Shown: positions 43,101 through 51,120 of the stretch, piece after piece
Numbering within the stretch: position 1 is the stretch's first letter
Layout: every line of letters begins with the position of its first letter
Origin: Chitinophagales bacterium
Lineage (GTDB): Bacteria; Bacteroidota; Bacteroidia; Chitinophagales; S012-47
Assembly: GCA_015487695.1 (NCBI GenBank)
Contig: WFPF01000122.1
Coordinates: 331-64,330 of the forward strand
Length of the DNA stretch: 64,000 bases
Direction of reading: 5' to 3'
Notes under the pieces: model-generated
What the model was told of the DNA's origin: nothing
Database searches by the model: none
The model's input: only the letters and a program-made list of their open reading frames with translations
Position numbers and translations under genes: made by a program

Positions 43101-44111
43101 AGCGATGCCAATCAGTGTGCCTCATCGGATGTGGTGCATGTGACTGTGCTGCCGGCATTAATTGCGGATGCAGGCGCACAGGATACCCTTTGCTATGGCG
43201 AGTGCAAAAGGCTGGGCGGCAACCCTGTTGCCAGCGGTGGATCGGGCAGTGCCTATGCCTTTGAGTGGAGTGTAGACACAGGAGTTTTTTCTGTCATGGA
43301 AAGCCCCGAAGTATGCCCGGCCAAAACCCTGACCTATAGCCTGACGGTACGCGACCCGGCCGGATGTGAGGCAGGGGATGAAGTGGTGATTCTTATTAAG
43401 AATTACCAGCCCATCGATTTCAGAACGATCGACTCAAGCTATTGCACAAATGACGGATACGATTCGCTGATTGCATTTCCGGTGGGTGGCGATTTCAGTG
43501 GACCGGGCATTCGGGGGAATGGTTTTTATCCTGACGAAGCGGGCACTGGCAAGCATTGGATATTCTATGAGTATATGACGGGCAACGGATGTCTTATCCG
43601 CGATTCTTTCCTGACGGAAGTTCGTCCTTCGCCCGATAAACCCGTGATCGGGCAAAAAGGTGATACGCTTTACACTGCCGATACTTTCTGGAGCTATCAA
43701 TGGCTGTTCAATGGAATAGCCCTGCCCAATACCGACTCATATTTTTATGTGGCTCCCGAAAGCGGGAACTATCAGGTGAAGGTATTTACAGAAGCAGGCT
43801 GTGAGAATGTGTCGGATATCTATGGCTTTTCCGTAGGTATCGAAAAGCGGATCTCCGATCTCTCGGTAGAGCTCTATCCCGTGCCGAATGACGGGCGCTT
43901 TGTACTGCGTCTGAAGGGAAAAGCGTATGCTTCGCTGTCGTTGGAAATTTATGATCTCTCCGGCCGCAAAGTGCTGGACCGCAATGTGCAGATGCGGGGA
44001 CGCAGACTGGATACGGATATTGACATTTCTTCCGTTGCATCGGGTGTCTACCTGCTGAAAATTTCTTCGGGAGAAGGGATGCTGCTCTATAAGTTTGCCG
44101 TGACGAAGTAA
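40191..44111 (+). CDS. T9SS type A cargo: matrixin-like zinc metalloprotease with PKD and tandem Ig-like repeats
   Basis: Signal peptide, HELGHAHQMGH plus Met-turn AVMHY, PKD (WDFDNDG), six ADAG-type repeats, CTD YPVP...IYDLSGR...GVYLLK...KF. Confidence 0.87.
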   Translation: MRRFLFAITCFFFTLSLSAQGLYRALSLDERVQAAAIIAEAEVIRSEPVLHPNGQVYTHHLLRVTRLFKGAAESRLEVITLGGRAGGTLMKVFPALQLEPGMKGIFFLTPDNVTPRFQDRAYKAYADRQGFVARLWNGKAFDGLKDYGVYEEAFVKRLREEQGLSVKVLAKQPEPMPSLSAVVPSVISFSPDSIAAGEFQILSIRGVGFGSYSGQAGVRFRNADDGGISFVSAPSSQIILWTDTLIQVEVPFRAGSGSFMVVDQNGASTLSNTDLLIRYDIINLQTSSGIQYSRLVDINGLGGLSFAFNTNFYSNTDARNAFNRALESWRCNTMVNFASLSNTTDSSCNSRNNISVVAFDTDCPLDPGVLGRAYSYYTICQDEDPELVEADILFDEMPANGWHFGASAPVGTSYDFESVALHELGHAHQMGHVIDANAVMHYSLPAGTARKTPDANDILAGRSVMTRSVKDPVCGYTGMLALTAGNCQFTIPVASFDLSPDRGCVPFDVQFTDASTSLPTSWAWDFDNDGVIDDTTQNPVHTYSTPGIYSVRLIVSNANGSDTLTRINVIQAYASPTADAGPDLSICPDGRATIGGAPTGTGGTGFLRYQWLPAESLNNAALPNPEAAPMNTTEYTVEVSDDNGCKARDSMVLTVMPGPVLDIGSDRTVCEGDTVWLINRAGNAAGSIFRWNPPEGIDDPSNDTTFMIAAGSSRTLTLSAQTPNGCQAQASFLLTIHRSPVVDAGEDQTACAGTGVEIGGHPSASGGSGGYTYLWQPFAGLNNSGAANPIADPATTTTYTLTVFDALGCSRSDTVRVEVAPSPVADAGPDLGPVCAGQALRLGGQPTGSGGTGNLFYTWLPTAYLDTINIANPLATPDQSTLFKVIVVDANGCRAEDSVYVAIWPTPVADAGRDTVFCGPGSLILGGSPAGSGGTAPLAYSWSPDSGLSQSNIPNPLASLSESTDYTLTVSDANQCASSDVVHVTVLPALIADAGAQDTLCYGECKRLGGNPVASGGSGSAYAFEWSVDTGVFSVMESPEVCPAKTLTYSLTVRDPAGCEAGDEVVILIKNYQPIDFRTIDSSYCTNDGYDSLIAFPVGGDFSGPGIRGNGFYPDEAGTGKHWIFYEYMTGNGCLIRDSFLTEVRPSPDKPVIGQKGDTLYTADTFWSYQWLFNGIALPNTDSYFYVAPESGNYQVKVFTEAGCENVSDIYGFSVGIEKRISDLSVELYPVPNDGRFVLRLKGKAYASLSLEIYDLSGRKVLDRNVQMRGRRLDTDIDISSVASGVYLLKISSGEGMLLYKFAVTK
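41910..43400 (+). repeat. Six ~83-aa Ig/PKD-like protein repeats (approximate bounds)
   Basis: Units start ADAGPD, LDIGSD, VDAGED, ADAGPD, ADAGRD, ADAGAQ. Most carry GG.P..SGG, Y.W.P and D.NGC. Confidence 0.8.
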
Positions 44112-44122
44112 TCGCAGGCGGC

Positions 44123-44797
44123 TCACTCCGTTTCGAGATGTCGCAGAATGCGTGCCGGGTTGCCTACTGCCACCACATGATCGGGGAGGTCTTTGACGAC
44201 TACGGCTCCTGATCCGACTATACTGTGTGCACCGATGGAAATCCCGTCATTGATGACGGCTCCGGCCCCGATCGTTGTATGCGCACCGATTTGGCATTTC
44301 CCATTGATGACAGCTCCCGGATTTACACTTACAAAGGCCCCCAATTGGCTATGATGGCCTATGCTGCAATGCCGGTTGAGATACACGAAAGCATCGAGCA
44401 TGGTGTATGGGGCCACTACGACTCCCGGATTAATGATAACCCCGGGCTTTGTACTGACACCCTGGGCAATGTCCGCAAAAGGATGAAGCAGCGTGCCGAA
44501 TTCCGTGTCACTCAACGCAAAGGTATCCTTAAAGTAGCGGTAGATTTTGAACCGGGCTTTGCTGCTCATCGAAGCGGCAAAGAGGATCTCTTCTTGGTCC
44601 CGTTGCCATGAATCGGCAGGGACGATCTGTACAGGCAGTCTCGGATGATCGAAGGGCAGCTGATATTGGCTGTTGTCTTCGGGCGGAAGGTTGGAAATGA
44701 TGCGTACATGGCTATCAGGGCCCACACTTTTGAATATGATATCGAGGATGACAGAGAGAGACGTGTTGTCATGTCCCAGCAGTGCGATTTTTTTCAT
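44123..44797 (-). CDS. PglD/NeuD-like hexapeptide-repeat sugar acyltransferase
   Basis: Rossmann-like N-domain, LLHP, LbH repeats (IGAHTTIGAGAVI, IGAHSIVGSGAVV), VGNPAR. Start probably 44797. Confidence 0.85.
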   Translation of the reverse strand: MKKIALLGHDNTSLSVILDIIFKSVGPDSHVRIISNLPPEDNSQYQLPFDHPRLPVQIVPADSWQRDQEEILFAASMSSKARFKIYRYFKDTFALSDTEFGTLLHPFADIAQGVSTKPGVIINPGVVVAPYTMLDAFVYLNRHCSIGHHSQLGAFVSVNPGAVINGKCQIGAHTTIGAGAVINDGISIGAHSIVGSGAVVVKDLPDHVVAVGNPARILRHLETE

Positions 44798-44849
44798 GGA
44801 GGCGCTTTGTCTGTCCCAAAAGTAAGAAGTGGGATGAATAGCTTTATTT

Positions 44850-46523
44850 TTGAAAGAAAATATCACGGTGCAAAAAAGAAAAAAATCAAGAGAAGAAAGA
44901 GGTCATGCACCGCTTGCAGAGAAAGGAAAGAATACGAAATTGACCTGGTTTCTCCTGGCCTTCACATTGCTTGTGGTATTCTTCATTCGACTAAGGTTGC
45001 TGGATGTTCCGCTGGAGCGGGATGAAGGAGATTATGCAATCAATGCGGCATTGCTGCTGGACGGGCATTCCTTTTCCAGCCCGTTTATCATGAAGCGTTT
45101 CCCCTTCATTTATTACATATATATGCTCTTTATCTCACTTTTCGGACGCAGTGATATAGGTATTCATTTCGGGCTTATGCTTTCGAATCTGGCAAGTGCC
45201 TTTGGAATTTACCTTGTGGGAAGCAGGCTGTGCAACCGCAACAGCGGAATATTGGCCTCCGTATTTTTCCTTTTGATGTCTCTTTCGCCCGATGTCAACG
45301 GACTGGCAGCCAACCGCGAACATTTTCAGCTTCTCTTCCTGGTATATGGAGCCTGGTTTCTTCTGAAAGCAAGGGAACGAAAAAGATATCTGAACTATGC
45401 ACTGGCAGGTTTGCTGATGGGACTTTCTTTTGCCGTGAAGCAGAATGCTCTCTTTTTTATGGCCTGGGGCGGCCTGTGGATACTGGCCGAAGCTTATTAT
45501 TTTCAACGGAGGAAGTGGCAGTCGGCTTGGACTGCTGCGGGTATCTATTCCCTTGCTGCGCTGCTTCCTTTCTTTATCATTTTGATACTCTATAGCTATG
45601 CCGGTGTTTTTGATGCATTCGTAACAAAAACATTCTATTCGAATACCCAATATCTCACCCGTTTAAGTTACCGGGAGGGAGTGCTCAATTTCTTTCATCA
45701 CTTCTCTCCTGTTTTTTATGCCTACACCTTCCTTTTCCTGCTTGCTTTCCTGCCTTTTCTCAGATGGACGAAGGAGAAAAGAGCGCTCAGGACAACGCTT
45801 TTTCTTGTCTCTCTTGCTTTCTTTTCTTTTATAGCGATTGTCCCCGGATGGCATTTTTATCCGCATTATTTTATTTTAATATTGCCCGCAGTCGCACTGC
45901 TGGCAGCCGCAGGTACGCAGGAATTGATCAACTTTTTGGAAGCCAAATGGTCCCGCAGGCAACGGGCGGTTGCCCTTTTGCCGATGCTCTTTGTGCTGCA
46001 GCCTCTCTTTGCGGAGTCCTTTTATTTCTTTAAAGCGGATGCTACGGAGGCCTCACGGGTTACCTATGAATACAATCCTTTCCCCGAGGCAAAAGTCATC
46101 GGCAGGTACATTAAGCGAATAACAAACGACAGTTCATCTATGATGGTGCTGGGCTCCGAGCCTGAGCTCTACTTTTATGCGGAGCGCAGGCCGGCCATAT
46201 CGGCCTATTACATGTATTTTTTGATGAACGGCACGGAACTGGCCCGCCAGCAACAGGAGGAACTGATCAGACAGGCGGAAGAAGAAATGCCCGAGGTAAT
46301 CGTAGTGCTAAATATTTCGAGTTCGTGGGTCGTGCAAGAAAATACCGATCCTCTGCTCTTTGACTGGATTGCTTCCTTTCCTGCAAAGTTTCATTATCGC
46401 ATCGTTGGGATAGCTGATATATTTAAAGACCATACAAACTATGTCACCGGTCCGGCAGCTCAGAACTACAAAACCCGTTCGACCGGTAGTATTGCAATCT
46501 TTAAAAAAATGCAGAAACCATGA
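44850..46523 (+). CDS. GT-C fold (ArnT/PMT-like) polyprenol-phosphate sugar transferase
   Basis: PLERDEG.Y acidic motif after TM1, many TM helices, KQ motif, YPHYF, soluble C-terminal domain. TTG start. Confidence 0.85.
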   Translation: MKENITVQKRKKSREERGHAPLAEKGKNTKLTWFLLAFTLLVVFFIRLRLLDVPLERDEGDYAINAALLLDGHSFSSPFIMKRFPFIYYIYMLFISLFGRSDIGIHFGLMLSNLASAFGIYLVGSRLCNRNSGILASVFFLLMSLSPDVNGLAANREHFQLLFLVYGAWFLLKARERKRYLNYALAGLLMGLSFAVKQNALFFMAWGGLWILAEAYYFQRRKWQSAWTAAGIYSLAALLPFFIILILYSYAGVFDAFVTKTFYSNTQYLTRLSYREGVLNFFHHFSPVFYAYTFLFLLAFLPFLRWTKEKRALRTTLFLVSLAFFSFIAIVPGWHFYPHYFILILPAVALLAAAGTQELINFLEAKWSRRQRAVALLPMLFVLQPLFAESFYFFKADATEASRVTYEYNPFPEAKVIGRYIKRITNDSSSMMVLGSEPELYFYAERRPAISAYYMYFLMNGTELARQQQEELIRQAEEEMPEVIVVLNISSSWVVQENTDPLLFDWIASFPAKFHYRIVGIADIFKDHTNYVTGPAAQNYKTRSTGSIAIFKKMQKP

Positions 46524-47200
46524 GAGTGCTCATCACCCAGAGCAACTACATCCCCTGGAAAGGGTATTTTGATGCCATACGGGCAGCCGATTTCTTTGTG
46601 GTGTACGATGAGGTGCAATATACACGCAGAGACTGGCGCAACCGAAACCGAATAAAAACAGCGGCCGGCCTGAAATGGCTTAGTGTTCCGGTCAGCAACG
46701 ACTACGCCCGGCAGCGGATCAGTGAGGTGAAGATTGGCGGGCAGCGCTGGCTAAGAAAGCATCTCGAAAGCCTGCGCCACAGCTATGGATCTTTGCCTTT
46801 CTATGACGAAGTGATGGGGTTTCTCGCTCCGGCCTATGAAGCGGGTGACGTCTACTTGTCGGAGCTGAATCTTCGCTTGATCAGAGCAATTAACCGCTAT
46901 TTGAAAATCGAAACAGTGCTGCGGCAATCAAGAGAGTTTGAGCTGCTGCCGGGGCGGAGCGAGCGACTTTTGCATATTTGCATGGAGCTGGGGGCTTCCG
47001 AATATCTCAGCGGCCCTTCGGCAGCAGCATATCTGGACGAAGACCTCTTTGCCCGGCAGGGGATAGCGCTTCATTATCTGGATTTTAGCAATTACCCGCA
47101 GTATCCGCAGCTTTATGGTGATTTTGTTCATGAAGTGACAATTCTGGATCTGCTTTTTTCCAAAGGGCCTGAGGCGCTGCAGTTCATGAAAAGATTATAA
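46520..47200 (+). CDS. WbqC family protein
   Basis: QSNYIPWKGYF, DEVQY...WRNRNRIKT, YLSG, YPQL, ILDLLF. Confidence 0.92.
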   Translation: MRVLITQSNYIPWKGYFDAIRAADFFVVYDEVQYTRRDWRNRNRIKTAAGLKWLSVPVSNDYARQRISEVKIGGQRWLRKHLESLRHSYGSLPFYDEVMGFLAPAYEAGDVYLSELNLRLIRAINRYLKIETVLRQSREFELLPGRSERLLHICMELGASEYLSGPSAAAYLDEDLFARQGIALHYLDFSNYPQYPQLYGDFVHEVTILDLLFSKGPEALQFMKRL

Positions 47201-47203
47201 ACG

Positions 47204-48127
47204 ATGAATATGGATTATTCTGTCATTATTCCGGTATACAACAGCAGCCGGTCTTTGCCCGAACTGGCCGCCCGCATCGATGCACAGCTGGGCGGCAAGG
47301 AATCCTCAGGATTTGAAATAATCATGGTGGATGACGCTTCGCCCGATGAATCCAGTTGGGAGACGATTAAAACACTGGCAGCCAGATATCCTTTTTTAAA
47401 GGGCTACCGTCTTCTGCGAAACGAAGGAAAAAACGGTGCCCTGATCTGCGGGATGGATCATGCAAAAGGGGATTATCTGATACTTATGGATGATGACCTG
47501 CAGCACAGGCCCGAGGATTTTCCTGTGCTGATAAAGGAGGGTGAACACGACCTCGTCATTGCCCGCTTTCCGGAGAACAGAAACGGAAGGGTGAAGGACT
47601 GGCTGAGCCGCATGAAAGGGAAACTGGATGAGCGTTTTGCAGGCAAACCCGAAGGCCTGCGCTTCGGGCCCTTTATGATGATGAAAAAAGAGATTGCCAA
47701 TGAGCTGTGCAAGCTGCGCACTCCGTTTCCTTATTTGCCTGCAATGCTTTTTTCACTGACCCGCGATGCGGTCAATGTGAGCGTGCCCCATGACAAAAGA
47801 AGACACGGCAGGTCGCAGTTTACCTTGTACAAGATGCTGAAACTGATGTCAAACCTTCTGATCAATAATACCTCCGTCATGCTGAGAACCGTCTCTGTGG
47901 CCGGTATCGCTTTTTCAATTCTCAGTTTCTTGCTGGCGCTCTATTTTTTGTATAAAAAAATATTTGTGGGTATTCATGTGGCAGGCTGGGCCACCCTGGT
48001 CATTCTGGTATTGTTGATCGGGGGAATCACCCTCTTTTCTCTCGGCATCATTGGAGAATACCTCCTGCGGATCATCAAAGCCCTTGAGCACCGGAGTGCG
48101 TATGTAATTCGTGAGGAGACCGCTTAG
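47204..48127 (+). CDS. GT2 polyprenol-phosphate glycosyltransferase (ArnC/GtrB-like)
   Basis: SVIIPVYN, VDDAS.D, MDDDLQH, R..G.S, two C-terminal TMs, GIIGEY. Confidence 0.9.
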   Translation: MNMDYSVIIPVYNSSRSLPELAARIDAQLGGKESSGFEIIMVDDASPDESSWETIKTLAARYPFLKGYRLLRNEGKNGALICGMDHAKGDYLILMDDDLQHRPEDFPVLIKEGEHDLVIARFPENRNGRVKDWLSRMKGKLDERFAGKPEGLRFGPFMMMKKEIANELCKLRTPFPYLPAMLFSLTRDAVNVSVPHDKRRHGRSQFTLYKMLKLMSNLLINNTSVMLRTVSVAGIAFSILSFLLALYFLYKKIFVGIHVAGWATLVILVLLIGGITLFSLGIIGEYLLRIIKALEHRSAYVIREETA

Positions 48128-48969
48128 CAGCCGTTCCGCTTGTATTGGCTGTTGTAAAAACCTGCCTGCCCCAGCTCCGATGCTTTCATGATTTTTCTTT
48201 CATGTATTTCGGCCAGTTCGTGAATTCGCAGGAGCAGGTCCTTGTTGCTGGCCGGCTTCTTTTTTGCCTTGTCAAAGTAGATATTATCTTCCAGTCCGAC
48301 CCGTACACCCCCTCCCATAGCGATGGCCAGGCTGTTGGCTCCCAGCTGTGCCCGGCCGATGCCTCCGGCCGCCCAGCGGCTCCCTTGCGGCAGATCGCGA
48401 ATGGCGGTACCGAGGTGCAGAAAGTCGAGCTGCAGACCGGCAATATTTCCGAGTATGATGTTGAAATAGAAAGGAGCTTTCAGCAGGGATTTGCGGATGA
48501 GATATTTGGCATAATTTACCATGCCGTGGTCAAAAACCTCAAGTTCGGGCTTCACTCCGAAACGGTTCATTTTTTTGACCAGCCCCACAATGGTTTCGGG
48601 AGCATTGATGCTGGCCTGTCGCGGGAAATTGAGCGAGGAGAGGGTGAGCGAACCCAAGTCGGGCTGAAGCTCCAACACTTCGGAGCGGTGCTCCGTTGAA
48701 GATGTATTGCGTCCGCTGAGCGAAACACCCATGACCAGTTCGGGGCAATGCCTGCGAAGGCCTTCCAGGATCCGTCCATACACTTCTTTTTTATAGGTAG
48801 GCGCTTCGCTTTCTTCTTCACGGGCATGCAAATGAACCATCGTAATGCCCAACTCAAACGCTTCATGAACCTCTTCCACAATCTCATTGACCGAGACCGG
48901 AACATGCGGATTATCGGCTTTGCAGGGGATCATCCCGGTGGGCGTAAAATTGATTATCAAATCCTCCAT
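48124..48969 (-). CDS. DUF849 / BKACE (3-keto-5-aminohexanoate cleavage enzyme family)
   Basis: PTG...K..NP.VP, HLHAR, SLNF, PELEVFD, VRVGLEDN. Confidence 0.9.
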   Translation of the reverse strand: MEDLIINFTPTGMIPCKADNPHVPVSVNEIVEEVHEAFELGITMVHLHAREEESEAPTYKKEVYGRILEGLRRHCPELVMGVSLSGRNTSSTEHRSEVLELQPDLGSLTLSSLNFPRQASINAPETIVGLVKKMNRFGVKPELEVFDHGMVNYAKYLIRKSLLKAPFYFNIILGNIAGLQLDFLHLGTAIRDLPQGSRWAAGGIGRAQLGANSLAIAMGGGVRVGLEDNIYFDKAKKKPASNKDLLLRIHELAEIHERKIMKASELGQAGFYNSQYKRNGC

Positions 48970-49014
48970 AGAAAGAAATTCTTTTTGGGAGCATAAAGCT
49001 ATATATCTCTTACA

Positions 49015-49022
49015 TACCTTTG
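49015..49022 (+). promoter_or_regulatory. -7 promoter element upstream of flippase-wecE
   Basis: TACCTTTG in the divergent gap 48970-49044. Confidence 0.55.
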
Positions 49023-49044
49023 GGGCGATCTCTAAAATTTCTCG

Positions 49045-49980
49045 ATGAAAAAGAGACTTTGGCAGGTGTTTAAAGTCGTTTTTGGTCTGGGGCTGATTGC
49101 CTATTTGCTCTACAGCATCGATCTGCCCGAGATGTGGTCCGAAATGAAAAACGGAGCGCTTATCTGGCTGTTTCCCGCAGCGATGAGCATCGCTTTGCTC
49201 CTGCTTTTTTTGGCTCCCCTGAAATTGTATCCCCTCCTGCAGCGGGCCGGAGATTTCAGGTTCTCAGATGTTTACCGTGCTTCCGTTATCGGACTTTTCT
49301 TCAACAATGTGCTGCCGTCAAGTGTGGGAGGAGATGCTGTGAAGGTGCTTGTGTTGAAGAGACGGAGCGATGTCTCATGGGCAGCTCTGGTTACCGCCTC
49401 CCTGGCCGATCGTTTGATCGGGCTGAGCATTTTGCTGCTGGCAGCGCTCGTTTACCTTCTCTTTAAGCCCATGGAATCGAACCTACACCTTTTCGAAGAT
49501 GCGGCTGAAGGAATGTCGATTGAGCTGATGTGGATCATTGTTTTGGCACTTCTCGTCTTTTTTGTCATTTTCAGAAAAAAGATAAAAGCCTTTCTCCGCC
49601 AGATGTTCGAAGCCGCTTCGCAGTATGATTTGCGATCGCTCTCGCTGGCCGTCTTCTTTGCGCTCATCTTTCAGGGTTTGCGGATCGTCAGCCTCTATTT
49701 TTACTTGCGTTTTTATGATTATCGCATGGCCCTGCCCGACCTTCTTTTTGTGATCAGCGTGGTATCCGTAGTATCGATGATTCCCATCAGTGTCGGGGCG
49801 CTCGGTGTGCGTGAAAATGTGCTGACCTGGAGTCTGGCACTGTATGGAGTTCCGTTGAGTGTTTCGGTGGGGATGGCCCTCATCAGCAGAGTCGTTTTCG
49901 TTCTGCTCAGCCTGATCGGTGCAATATATTATTTTCAGGAAGGACAATTGCAAAAAAGCAAAGGGGATGATTCCGTTTAA
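49045..49980 (+). CDS. Lysylphosphatidylglycerol-synthase TM domain (UPF0104) putative flippase
   Basis: FFNNVLPSSVGGD, DR, PISVGALGVRE, multiple TM helices. Confidence 0.88.
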   Translation: MKKRLWQVFKVVFGLGLIAYLLYSIDLPEMWSEMKNGALIWLFPAAMSIALLLLFLAPLKLYPLLQRAGDFRFSDVYRASVIGLFFNNVLPSSVGGDAVKVLVLKRRSDVSWAALVTASLADRLIGLSILLLAALVYLLFKPMESNLHLFEDAAEGMSIELMWIIVLALLVFFVIFRKKIKAFLRQMFEAASQYDLRSLSLAVFFALIFQGLRIVSLYFYLRFYDYRMALPDLLFVISVVSVVSMIPISVGALGVRENVLTWSLALYGVPLSVSVGMALISRVVFVLLSLIGAIYYFQEGQLQKSKGDDSV

Positions 49981-51100
49981 CAAGCCCTACGTATCAGGCA
50001 GTGAACTGGCCAATATTCGTCAGGCAGTGGAGTACGGATGGCTGGCCGGAAATGGTCGCTTTACTAAAGCATGTGAGGGTTTTTTAGAGGAGCGCTATGG
50101 GGTTGCGAGGGCCATGCTCACACACTCTGCTACGGCAGCCCTGGAGATGATGGCCATACTTCTAGACCTCAAAGCGGGAGATGAAGTCATTGTTCCTTCT
50201 TTTACTTTTATAACTACTGCCAATGCCTTTGCTCTCCTCGGAGCAAAGATCGTATTTGCCGACAGTCTGCCCGGGCATCCCAATATGGACACAGAGGGGG
50301 TAGAAGAGCTTATCACTCCGCGCACCCGTGCGCTGGTGGCCATGCACTATGCGGGGGATATCTGTGATATGCCGGCTCTGGAGTGTTTGTGTCGTGAGCG
50401 GGGGATTGTGCTGCTCGAAGATGCGGCCATGGCCATCGAATCATCGCTGGAAGGGCAAAAGGCCGGAAGTTTTGGGGATATGGCGGTGTTTTCTTTCCAC
50501 GAGACAAAGAATATTATTTCCGGTGAAGGAGGAGCGCTGCTCATCAACCGGGAGAAATGGATTGAAAGGGCAGAGATTATCAGAGAGAAAGGGAGCAACC
50601 GGGCGGCTTTTTTCAGGGGAGAGTGCGACAAATACTCCTGGGTAGACCTCGGGTCGTCATTTTTGCCTTCCGAGCTGCAGGCGGCTTACCTCTTTGCCCA
50701 ACTGGAGGCCATGGACGAAATCCAGGCGATGAGAAAAGCCATCTGGACACGATACCACGAGGGATTTTCCGGCCTGGCAGCCAAGGGATACCCGGAGCGG
50801 CCGGTAAGCCTTCCGGGCCGGGAGATAAATTACCACTCCTATTATCTCATTTGCCGGAGCCTCGAAGAGCGGAGCAGGCTCATCTCATTTTTGCACGAGC
50901 ACGGCATTCAGGCTGTGTTTCACTACCAGTCGCTGGATCAAAGTCCTTTTGGCGTTAAATTCGGGCAGGGTGCAGCTCCCCTGCCGCATGCGGCCCGCTA
51001 TTCCGACAGACTCCTGCGCCTGCCCTTTTACAATGCACTGAGCCGGGAAGAGCAGGACCACGTGATAGCGTCAGTATGTGCATTCTATGACGAAGCCTGA
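49967..51100 (+). CDS. wecE: dTDP-4-amino-4,6-dideoxygalactose transaminase (WecE/RffA)
   Basis: MIPFNKPY, G.G.FT..C, VPSFTF, EDAA, FSFHETKN (PLP Lys), REKGSNR..FFRG..DKYSW. Confidence 0.88.
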   Translation: MIPFNKPYVSGSELANIRQAVEYGWLAGNGRFTKACEGFLEERYGVARAMLTHSATAALEMMAILLDLKAGDEVIVPSFTFITTANAFALLGAKIVFADSLPGHPNMDTEGVEELITPRTRALVAMHYAGDICDMPALECLCRERGIVLLEDAAMAIESSLEGQKAGSFGDMAVFSFHETKNIISGEGGALLINREKWIERAEIIREKGSNRAAFFRGECDKYSWVDLGSSFLPSELQAAYLFAQLEAMDEIQAMRKAIWTRYHEGFSGLAAKGYPERPVSLPGREINYHSYYLICRSLEERSRLISFLHEHGIQAVFHYQSLDQSPFGVKFGQGAAPLPHAARYSDRLLRLPFYNALSREEQDHVIASVCAFYDEA

Positions 51101-51120
51101 ATTACGAAAAGCGAAAGTCC

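Noticed and set aside
48124-48969. Lysine fermentation pathway (kce)
   Set aside because: No kamA, kamDE, kdd or kal in the window. The gene is embedded among sugar-modification genes.
49967-51100. Enterobacterial common antigen cluster
   Set aside because: Only a wecE homologue is present, without wecA/B/C/F/G, wzx or wzy, and the organism is Bacteroidota.
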